Of a stretch of DNA of 64,000 nt, positions 25,770-36,134 are shown in pieces (within the stretch, counting starts at the first letter, position 1; every line of letters begins with the position of its first letter). The notes below the pieces were generated by a model. The model was given only the letters and a program-made list of their open reading frames with translations. It searched no databases and was not told the DNA's origin. The DNA comes from Pseudogymnoascus verrucosus (Eukaryota): NCBI GenBank assembly GCA_001662655.1, contig KV460219.1; one strand, 5' to 3'. A program made the position numbers and the translations under genes.

Positions 25770-26381
25770 ATGAAGGTTGTCTCAGTTTTCACTGCTCTCA
25801 TCCTGGCGTTCTTCGCCAATGTTGTCTATTCTGCGGCAATTGACAGCTCTCTCAACTCTCGCGACGTAAATGTGACAGAGGCTGCCGAATTTGCCGGGTT
25901 CGGTGATGTCGTCGCCTACGCCCCTTCCTGATCGTCGCCGCAAGATCAATTTCTACAGCAATGGTGTTTTAGACAGTAGCGCTATTGAGACTGAAGATGG
26001 AGGTACGGTTTTGCATTCACCCGCGGCATAGTGGCTAACAATCTGATCATTAGCAACCTTTTTTGAGGCTGATGGCACTGAGGTCGACCTCAACGAGATT
26101 GATGAGATTCTATCCAAGAGGGTGTCTAAGTGGAGACTTGCCATCAAGTTCGCCAAGTTGATCGCCAAGTACGGCAAGAAGGCGTGGAACTACATCTACT
26201 GCGTCGGAACCAGCGCCATGCGGAAGTGCGGTGATGAGGTGGGCTCTTTAATTGGATTCTAGTGTTGAGGGACATATGCTAATATGCACAACAGTACCTC
26301 GGATGCTCCGCTTCTGGTATCCCACCGTGGAAATGCGTCGAGGGCATCGTCTGTGTTGGCGCTGCTGCCAAGGGGTGCTAA
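25770..26381 (+). CDS. Secreted prepro-peptide releasing a 67-aa cationic 6-Cys peptide after KR; pro-region interrupted by an apparent +1 frameshift near 25921 (or a cryptic intron)
   Basis: ATG 25770 gives signal peptide MKVVSVFTALILAFFANVVYSA; introns 26003-26053 and 26239-26294; mature VSKWRLAIKFAKLIAKYGKKAWNYIYCVGTSAMRKCGDEYLGCSASGIPPWKCVEGIVCVGAAAKGC*. The unspliced first frame stops at TGA 25929-25931. Confidence 0.7.
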
Positions 26382-26998
26382 ATAATCTTATTGTACCAGG
26401 GGATGATGGTAAGGAGGAGTTCCGGAAGCTGGAGAGTAACGAATCTAGTGTTTTATTTGTTTTAGCATAGGGAAACCGAACGTTCTAGCTGTTTAGAATA
26501 ATAGAAATGGCTTAAAATTCGGATTCCCTATGCAGTGAAACCTCGATATGAAGTTGCTTTTGGGAGCCTGATAGATCTTTACATCAAGAATTATGGGATA
26601 ACTGCTCTCTCATGCGAGTGAAGGATAATGTCCCAGGACCGAACAGCTATTATAGGCCATCGAACCGGCCGGACCATACAGTTAAGGAGCAGGCTGCCCG
26701 AAGAGATGAGGTGTGTGATACAAGGCTGTGTGTGGCTTTTGTTGGCACCTGTTATCAAAGGTGCTGCTGATGCAACACTCTGGATGAGCCAGATATGATT
26801 CGCATAATTTGGTAGAGTTGTAATATAAGACGCAGAAACAAGGCTCATCATGCACCGAGCTGAAACCGGTTCGTAAGGCTACGATGGTATTGCTTTCTTG
26901 CCTAATATACAAAGAGTCCTATCTGCTGTTTAATATTCATCATTCTTCAAGTTTCTTTAACTACCATTTTATTATTCGAAGTGACCAGACTACTCATC

Positions 26999-28736
26999 AT
27001 GTCTGATATCCTTCAGATCCCTGGCGCATGGAACAGCGCATGGGAGGCGCCCTCTACAACACCGTATGACATCGTCGATGCGCACCCTCCTGTACCTCCC
27101 CAGCCTTCCCCACCTATATCGCAAAGTCGTCGTCCTCCTCCACCACCCCCGCCTTCACAAAGTCGCCGACCTCCACCCCCCCCTCCTTCGCAAACCCGTC
27201 GTACACCTCCACCTCCTCCCTCGCAAAATCGTACAGTATCGCCATCTCATCCATCACAAAGCCGTTCAGAATCTCCACCTCCTCCCTTGCAAAGTCAGCG
27301 TACACATCCATCACCTCCTCCCTCGCAAAATCATCGAGCATCACCCCCGCGTCCCTCTCAAAGCCGCCCAGAATTTCCCCTGCCTCCTTTGCAAAGTCGT
27401 TTAGACGCTGCTCTGCCTCCCTGGCAAGGCCTTGTTGTACCTCTCTCGCCTCCCTCGCAGAGACGCCATGTATCTCTTCCTACCATACCGCAGAACCGTT
27501 CGGAATATCCCCCGCCACTCTGGCAGGGTCGCCTTGCAGAGAGACGTCGCGGATCTGTCCCCACTGCAACACAACCCGGTGTAGAGTTCGATTTTTTTGC
27601 CGATAGCTCCGAGGATGAAAATGATACTGCCATTGAAGACCAAAGAAAACCAATCGTCATCGCAGTCTTTGGGAAGACTGGCACCGGAAAGACATCCTTT
27701 ATCAACGCGGTGACAGGAAGGAGTCTCAAAGTTGGGCATGGTCTTACTTCCTGTAAGGTTGCCTATAACGCTATAGAAGTATTGAATAAAAGCTAACTCA
27801 AACATGAATAGGTACCGAGGACGTTCTCGCCGTTTCCTGCCGCATTGGAAGCGAAAATATAATTCTTGTTGATACCCCGGGGTTTAGTGACACGCATCTT
27901 ACTGATACAGAGATTCTGAGACGGATTGCTGGGTGGATGAAAGATTCATATGACGATGGATTTCTCTTGTCTGGGATAATCTATCTCCACAACATCAATG
28001 ATATCCGCATGGATGGTCCTAGTCTCAAGAACTTGCGCATGATGCAAAAACTCTGTGGAGCTAACTCTCTAAAAAACGTTGTTCTGGCTACTACAATGTG
28101 GGAGAAGGTGGATATGAGACAAGGAATGGAACGCGAATTGGAGCTACAGAAAAACTTTTGGAAAGATATGATCAATGAAGGCTCGACTGTTGCAAAGATA
28201 ATGACTGAAACTGGTGGTGAGGCTCGCGAACTAGTCGTATCACTGCTAAATAACCAGCCGCTATCAACCAAGTTGCAGGAAGAGCTTCAAAGCGGAACAG
28301 CACTTGTTCAAACGGAAGCCGGAACCGAGATCAGGGCAGAAATGATAAAACTGATCCTGAAGTTGAGGAATGCTCACGAGGCTGATATTGCTGACCTGAA
28401 GCTTGCCCAACAAGCACGTAAGAACTACCCTTTTATAATGTGGTTATTGATCGCATTGCTATAGACAGTGACGCGCAACTAATAAACATGACAGACGACC
28501 TGAAGCTTGCGAGACAAATCACAGCTGAAATCCAGGAGAGTCAACGCAGGATAAATCGATTGGAGGCCGAAAAGACAGAGTTGCAAAACCTAAACCTGAA
28601 ACCGTGGCCAAGGGTAAAAAGAAAAGGTATTTTCGGAATTGGCGGTTATCATTGCCGAGTGTGCAATCAAAAGACAAATCAAGTTGGAAGATGGACATGT
28701 AATGGTTGCAAGAATCAGCAGAGGAATATGTGGTAG
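26999..28736 (+). CDS. P-loop GTPase (AIG1/G-domain-like) with Pro/Ser-rich repetitive N-terminus, coiled coil and C-terminal CxxC..CxxC knuckle; introns 27753-27811 and 28418-28494
   Basis: G1 GKTGTGKT, G2 SCT across the splice, G3 LVDTPGF, GIIYLH, G4-like TTMWE; CRVC...CNGC at the end; N-terminal PPPPSQxR repeats. Confidence 0.85.
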
Positions 28737-29428
28737 GCCTATGTGGCAGTGAATTACGATGGCCCCAAACTAGGCTCCTACTTGCTTATCATTTCTATAT
28801 CACTTCTCAAATCTAATGAATCAAGTCTCATCATCTATTACGTCAGCTGATGTTACGCTTATAACATATTCTCGACGCAATAGGTAAAGTCCTCGTTTGA
28901 CAGGTCTCCAGAAAATGCAGGGAGGGCAACTTAATATCATACATTAGCCGAAAGCGGGAAGCTCAGCCAGTGAGAAGAATACAATTATATGAGAAGCCAG
29001 ATATTCATAGACTCATCCTAAATCGGAGACTATTTATTCAAAATTGGCCTTCACATATGAATGGAACCGTGATCGGCGACGACGCGGAAAGTATCTCGGC
29101 CTTAAAATTTGCCCGTCTTATGTATTAAACTATATTAGATGGTTTGTATTACCTCTGTATGACCTCGTTACTTCATTGTGTTACTTTCGCATTGTCGGGC
29201 TTTAAAATTCATTTGTTTGAGGCTGATATGCTTGAATATGACTCCATAGTATTCTATCCATCGCCGGAGGAGGAGATTAAGTTGCAGCATATATAGCCCC
29301 CCCTCCCATGAAAATTAAAAAGTAAAACACTCATCAACACCACAAACTACATTTCAGCTCAGCACATTTCAGTTTCCATACTCCGAACAGCTGTTCCAAC
29401 GCCATAAACACTGTCACCTTCTATCACA

Positions 29429-29650
29429 ATGCTCCTCAAACCCATTTTTGCGACTGTGGCCATGGGCTTCATTGCCCTCACCATTGCTCATCCCACCTCA
29501 AATCAGGAAAACACGCTGGAGGATTTAGCTGCTCGGGATACCTGCAGTGGAGCTCAATGCGGTGGTTTTGTTGGGATCCCTTGCGAGTCACCATGCACTA
29601 CTTGTGTTACTCCTAAGGGTTGCGCCGACTGCTTTGGATATTGTCGATAA
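29429..29650 (+). CDS. Small secreted cysteine-rich peptide, 73 aa, 8 Cys
   Basis: Signal peptide, short acidic pro-piece ending LAAR, then DTCSGAQCGGFVGIPCESPCTTCVTPKGCADCFGYCR; TATATA at ~29290. Confidence 0.8.
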   Translation: MLLKPIFATVAMGFIALTIAHPTSNQENTLEDLAARDTCSGAQCGGFVGIPCESPCTTCVTPKGCADCFGYCR

Positions 29651-31092
29651 ATGTGGGATACTATCCTCCTGCCAAAATGATGTTGACGGGAAGACGATCT
29701 GGTGGGCAGTAAAAAGATGACTTATCAAATTGGTTATGGGTCTCTGTGTTGGCCAGGAATGGAGCTTCATTCTTTGAATGTGGGGTTACGAATTTGTTTT
29801 TCTTCTTACTTTTTAGCTATGCAACACACAAAATAAAATAGTGTGCACAACAGGCCCAATAACCACACATAAGTATTTTAAAACCCATGCCATATTTATT
29901 TATCAGTCTTAGCCCAATAAAAAATGTGAAGTTATGTTATCCTTCCCGGAGCTTCCCGGTCCTGTTCCTCGAATGCTTACTGTACTCGCAATGAAGCGGC
30001 CTAATGTGACCCGACTGCAAAAATATGCTTATTTTTCTTAGCCAAGAATTGTCCCTTCATTCACAGTACCTGAAGTGGAACTTCTGTCTCATTCGACGGA
30101 GGAGTCGTTCCGGATGAATGGTCACAGGGATGTATTTTTGCGGGGTCTACCTCGGGGACTATGGGGCACAACGTAGCTTTACGGGCATGAGCACTGTATG
30201 AATTTGCAAATGAGAACGGATAAATACATATCACATGCTCATTTTTCCTTGAAATAAGCTATTTTGTAATCGTATCTGTAATTCCCCAATAATCCATGCT
30301 GGGTTCATTTCATTCTGTCTCACCATTCCACACGAAGGCCAAGGCTAGGCTTTATCTAACAATAACAACTTTACTAGCAACCCCGCAATGATAATTATGG
30401 CGCGCGGGTAGATAAAGTGTCAGTTCCATGGCATGGATGGTGCCGTCCAATTGTATCGATATATTTATCCGCCGGATGTTACACTACTGGTGGTTTAACA
30501 CGGTTAAACACCATGCTAGGACGCATCATGCATGCTTACTCTGTGCATCGCCCAGGGGGGTTTATATAGCCAAGCTATCTGCAAACTCTGTTTACATTGT
30601 CATTCGTTTATAAGAATGCAGATGATCAATAGAAGCAGGTAGATTCCTTGTTTGCAATATATCACAGACATATTCATGCTGTGATGGCGTTAAATGCCTA
30701 CCTATTCTGCATTACTCGGACTTCATGATATTCCGATCAGAGAGTTGCTTTCTTTCTGGGCTAAGTAATGCACCTATCAAAGAGCTACATTCTGGAAATT
30801 AACCACAGGCTATACGTATCTGACTATTGATGGCTTCTTTCGGCCCTCATGATGCGCCGACGAGTGAGCTGTTTCTGCCTTTCCAAAACTCCATTTGGCA
30901 TTCTCATAGGAATATCGGCCCGCTCTGTCTTCACCATGGCTGATAATTTTCGAAGACTAGATCTCCAAAAAGTATAAAGGGGCTGGCAGGAAGGATGTCG
31001 TATTGTAGTTTTTCCTCATCAGTTGAACAGTCAAGCCACGCCATAAAACAAATTCCCAAACAATTCTCCATATCAAACAACCCAAAGCCAAA

Positions 31093-31386
31093 ATGAAGAT
31101 CTCCGCACTCCTCGCTCTCGCCCTAGCGACTATCGCTCTTGCCTCCCCCGTCGCTGAACCGGAGCAGCTCGAGAAACGTAAGTAAATACTCGAATATGAA
31201 AAGAAAATCTGCACATGGACAATGTTCATATACTTACCGTCGACTTTTATAGGTTCATGCGCAACTGATTGCAGCAACTTAGCTTCGAGACAATGCAAGT
31301 CGTCGTGTTCTGGAGCAACGAGCCCGAGCTGCGAAGCACAGTGCTACCAAAGCTTGTACGCGAGCTGCAAGGCTCAATGGTGCTGA
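31093..31386 (+). CDS. Small secreted 8-Cys peptide with regular CX3C motifs (intron 31178-31252); absent from the ORF track
   Basis: TATAAA at ~30973; MKISALLALALATIALASPVAEPEQLEKR spliced via GTAAGT..TTATAG to SCATDCSNLASRQCKSSCSGATSPSCEAQCYQSLYASCKAQWC*. Confidence 0.85.
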
Positions 31387-31716
31387 TAGGCCATGGATAG
31401 TCCGTGATGCAAGTGGGAGCTTGGAAAAAGGCGCCTATGGCAAGCAGTACATCTCGTGAATACAAACCGGGGGGCAGATGGGGATGTGGCAGAAATAGGG
31501 AGATAGTCATTCACTCACAGAGGTATTTTTCAGGGGTCATTTGAGTTCTGCTGGTTACAGCGCGCACGACAAGCGTCCGAGAGAATGGAACTGTAACTAG
31601 CACCCCAAACTGATCAATGAATTAAGTTCCTATAGATGCTGGAGATCATGAAGGCCATATATATAATCTACTAAGTGCTAGGATTGTCTTTAAATGTTAC
31701 ACGTGAGGTGTCTAAA

Positions 31717-32841
31717 CTATTCATTGGCATCCCAGAATTCCCCTGCAACCTTTGCAGCTTGTGCAGCCTCCTTTGTGAACCTCACCCAATGTCCTGCCAA
31801 AATGATATCATGTACGCCTTCCGCAGTAACCTCCAGGCCCACCTTGTTGCCTTCCACAGCCTTGAATTCTTCATACAGCTGTACGTTATGATCGTACAAA
31901 ATTTCACTCGCCCCAGTTAGGAAAAGCAGCGGAGTTGGAGTAGCAAATGGATTCCCCAAAAATTTAATATTGGGATGTGCCAGCGTAATCCCACTTTCCT
32001 TGCTCGGCATCAGTGAACTCGCACCCCACACGCCAACCCGCTCATCGAGGTAGTCAGTCGGCGCATTGTGATGCATCTTCATCAACTCTGGGTCCAACGC
32101 CCCCTCCGGGTCCGCCCAGGGTGACCAGAGCCATGCGCACGCCGGAGACGCCAGTTTCGCATCCGGGTTGTCGGCAATGTAGCGTAAGAGCCCCATTGTT
32201 AGATGGCCACCAGCGCTATCACCCGAAACTGTGATTTTCTCGGCTGGGATGTCGAGCTCGTCCGTGAGATATAGATAGGACGTAATGGCATCCTGTAGGG
32301 GAGCAGGGAAACGGCATCCTGGGTTCGACGAGAGCCGATATTGCGGGGCAAACATATGAGTTGCGGCAGTGTTGGCAAGGAGCGTCTTCGCAGCAAATCC
32401 AGCGTCGCCGTCCCGTCCATCCCCGATCGTGTAAGCGCCGCCGTGGAAATGAAGAACAACCTTGCCGACAGCAGCGCCCGAAATTGGGCGGGCGGGGTAC
32501 CAGGTCCCTCCAATAGTCTCGGGCTTGACCTCAGCGTCCAGGTCAACCACTCCGATGTACTTGTCGGATGGTCCAGGCTTCATCACCACAAACCGATCGC
32601 CTTCTGAACCCGGCTTGAGGCTCAAGGGCGTTTTCAGCTCAATAACGGCAGTCCATGCGAGGAACGACTTCACGACGAAGACTCCCAGCGCCTGCTGATA
32701 GGTCCATTTAGGATTTGGGCGGCGGGAAGCGGAAAGGAAATAGAGCATCCAAAATGGGAATTGGACTACACCGACGCCGATTGCCCCCACAGTAGCAACG
32801 ATTTTGCCTGGATGGCGGGTATATGCAGATTTCGAGGCCAT
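31717..32841 (-). CDS. Alpha/beta hydrolase of the HSL-like esterase/lipase family with N-terminal membrane anchor
   Basis: HFHGGAY oxyanion motif, GDSAGG nucleophile elbow, late acid (E) and His (VHD). Confidence 0.9.
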   Translation of the reverse strand: MASKSAYTRHPGKIVATVGAIGVGVVQFPFWMLYFLSASRRPNPKWTYQQALGVFVVKSFLAWTAVIELKTPLSLKPGSEGDRFVVMKPGPSDKYIGVVDLDAEVKPETIGGTWYPARPISGAAVGKVVLHFHGGAYTIGDGRDGDAGFAAKTLLANTAATHMFAPQYRLSSNPGCRFPAPLQDAITSYLYLTDELDIPAEKITVSGDSAGGHLTMGLLRYIADNPDAKLASPACAWLWSPWADPEGALDPELMKMHHNAPTDYLDERVGVWGASSLMPSKESGITLAHPNIKFLGNPFATPTPLLFLTGASEILYDHNVQLYEEFKAVEGNKVGLEVTAEGVHDIILAGHWVRFTKEAAQAAKVAGEFWDANE

Positions 32842-33505
32842 CGTCAGGTCGTAGTCTGGCTATAGCTATAGCAAACAATTGAACATTATGACAGAAGAAC
32901 GAAGAGGAGAGGGGTGAAATATGCTCCGAGCCGCACCGCCTACGTAGTAGAATGTGTTGAGGTAGTTGTTTACCCCATGGGGAAAATGCGCAACATTGTT
33001 ACAAGGGAATTGCTTGTGAAAGACCGAGGAATGTTTGGTGGTGTCTAAGCTACTTTATAAATTATGTGGGGCGATACTGGTAGAATGACACTAGTGAGAA
33101 CTTGATAACAAGAGAGTTCCAGTAGTCGGACACCGCTGTCGGTGTCCGGATATTAGAACTCATAACAAGGGACTCTTACAACTCTACTATAGGGACGGCG
33201 AAATAACCTAGGCGAGTGAAATGGACAATAAATATAGTTTACGATTAATATACAGTATATATAGTTGGCTTTGCAGGACATAATAGTAGGTTTTTACCGT
33301 AGGGTGCGATTCTATTAGGTTCTGTGAATGCGACGACAAGGGCAAATCACAGATAGTCATGTAAATAGTTTCATTTTCTAGCACCTATTACGATATAAAC
33401 TACATACAAATTAGGTATAAAGTTTATCTTTTGCGGTGGAGGGTGCCTCTTCATTTCCCCCACCACTAGGTAGACGATTATAACCCTTTCTCAAGCGACA
33501 TGTCT

Positions 33506-36134
33506 TTAAGAACATCCACTGATCCCTAATGCCGCCGCTGTCGTGCTCCCCAACCCAACCCAAGCTCTCATCGCATTGATAATGGACAGATCGCGATGCG
33601 GCCTCGTGTACTTCCCTGAGACCATTGTATATCCGCATGCACTCGCCACATACGCGGTATCCAGCGGGACGCCCAGACATGCGCTCGCCGCCGCCGACCC
33701 GGTATAAAGGCTGCAATCGCTTAGTCCGTCTGGAAAGCCATTTCCGCCGGCATCGGTGAACATGTATGACGAAAGAATGAGCTTGATATGCCAGTCGTTG
33801 TCGGTGCGGCTGAAGAGATTGACTTCAAAGCCACGATGCTTGGCTACGTCCTTGTCCTTGATAAGGACAGAGCCGTAGCTTTGCATGTCGCGGGATGAGG
33901 AACCCTGCGTATGGCATTAGCTTTCAAAAATGCATTTTAGAGAGAAGGCTGTTATTTACTGGATTCTGCTGGTCATGGTCATCGTTCTGGATCGCAAATC
34001 TAGAGGGCGGAATGATCCAACTACCACAAATCGGCATCTCCTTCGGATAATCGGAGCTCCAAATCTTAATTTGTGAGATCTCTGAAGCGGTGAAGCCGTT
34101 ACTAGAAAGGACATTGTCGAAGTTAGTGTACCAACTACTCGCGCTCCCATCACAGGCTAGAGGCGCTGCCTCGCCACCGAGGATCACTTCGAGCCAGGTG
34201 ATCCAGTCCGCGGGCATGTTGCCGCCTAATTTCTTCTTGACGATGGCGAAGATGGCTGCCATAGATTGTGGGCCGATGTGCTTGGCCGCGTCGACGCGGA
34301 TACCGCTAAAGCCAATAGAGAGGAGGTCGACGATGTAAGTCGCGATACGGTCTTGCGTGTACGGTTTCTCGGTATTCAGGTCGAGGAGACCGACCAGGTA
34401 ACCTTTTGTGACCTGGTTCATATCGGTCCAGGAGCTGATGCTGCGCTCGCAGTGGAAATCGGTGGGGCCGTATGGGACGGCTGGAAACTCGTGCGTTGGT
34501 CGTGTTCCAGTTTGAGGGTTGATCAAGTAGGTGTTGCCTGAGGTATAGTAGGGTGAGCCTACAGTAGCGTTGTGACCACTGTATAGAGAACAATCGGTGT
34601 TTCTGTGGTTTTGGATATCTGTTCCTTGGCCTACCATGTGGTTGACAACTGCATCGGCGTAGACTCGAACACCAGCGGCTCGACAAGCTTGAATCATGGC
34701 TCTGAGCTCAGCGCGAGTGCCACTGCGAGAATAAAGTCTGTAACTAACTGGCTGATATACCAGATACCATGGACGGAACTGCTTGTCAGTCTCGTAGTAA
34801 TTACTGCCCCAAACGCTCTCAGAAGAAGGCCAAACTTTGACTCCCATATATCCAGCCTTTCCCAAAAACGCACACTCCTTGGCCACGTCATTGTATGGCC
34901 ATCCAAACAGTTCAACGATGCCACCTTTTTGGCCGTTGTTAAATGTGCTTTGAGCTGCCGTTAAAGCTGTATTCTGCCAGATGAAGTTGATTGGGTCTAG
35001 TGTCAGGGACTTGCCACTAGAAGTAGAGATCGTAATGGCGAGAGTAGAAGTGAACCCATTATTGAGCTGGAAGGTATTGCTCGCTGTTGCAGCAGCTCCA
35101 TTGAAGGAGTACGTCAATGCCTCCAAAGTCCTCGATGCAGCGTTAACAACAACAACGGCCTTGGTTCGATCAGAGTTGTACTGAATGTCTGCGTATCCAA
35201 CAAGGTCACGATAGTTTCCAAATGAGGCACTGTAGTCAGCTGCACCCTGTGGTGGGGTTTGCCAGCGTCTATTTTCGGCAGAAGCGGCAAAGGATGACTG
35301 AGCATCAGATGTGCAGCTGTCTCCTCCATTCCAGTTGCCGCAGCCAGTTGGAGCTATAGCAAGGCCTTCAGATGGAATTGAAATTGGAATAATAGGTGGC
35401 AGCGAGCTTGGCGAAACGGCCCCTGTGACGGTGCTTGGAGAAACGGACCCCGTCGCAGTGCTTACTGAAGTGGTAGTTGAGGCCTGTGAGACACTGGTAC
35501 TTGTAGATGTCGATGTGAGGGTGGTTGCCACAGTGGTAGTTGAGGCCCGTGAGACACTAGTAGTTGCAGATGTTGATGTTGAAACTTGCGTAGTACTGGT
35601 GGCAGCAGTCGTGGAAGTTGCGACGGAGGTGATTTGATAGTTAACATAGTTTCCTGGGTCAAAATATCTTCCTTTATTAGCCTTTTCCTGCCTCTAAACA
35701 CATGGGGGTTCTTACGACGAGCCACTAACATCATACTGGATGTAAAACTGGGTCGCTCCAGAAGCTGTCCCGGAGAAGACCCACGTCTCATAACCAGTGG
35801 TAGAAGCTGCAGAATAGCTTGCAGCTATTGGGGATGAGACCCATGTACTACCAACAGCCCAGTGGACGCCGACAACCTTTGTGTAGGCGATGTTCTGGAT
35901 CTGACAGTTTTGTAATTTTGATCAGTGATGCTAATATGAGAAGGGAAACTCGAAGGGACGAACATGTATAGATCCTGCAAGAACATTGTTTGAGAACGTA
36001 TAGCTATTCAACGAGACTTGTGTTGCTCGCTTCTCGAGCGGAGTAGCACTAACGGTGCCTGTCAGGAAGAGAGCGACAAAGAATAGGTACAGCCACCACA
36101 AACGTCGGCAAGGATTTACAACCATGCTGGGCAT
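33506..36134 (-). CDS. Secreted GH13 alpha-amylase with N-terminal CBM21-like starch-binding domain and Ser/Thr linker; introns 35963-35901, 35715-~35668, 33959-33905
   Basis: Signal peptide + LEKR; spliced IQNIAYTKVVGVHWA (CBM21-like); DAVVNH, GIRVDAAKH, WLEV, NDDHD supply the GH13 catalytic residues. Confidence 0.9.
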
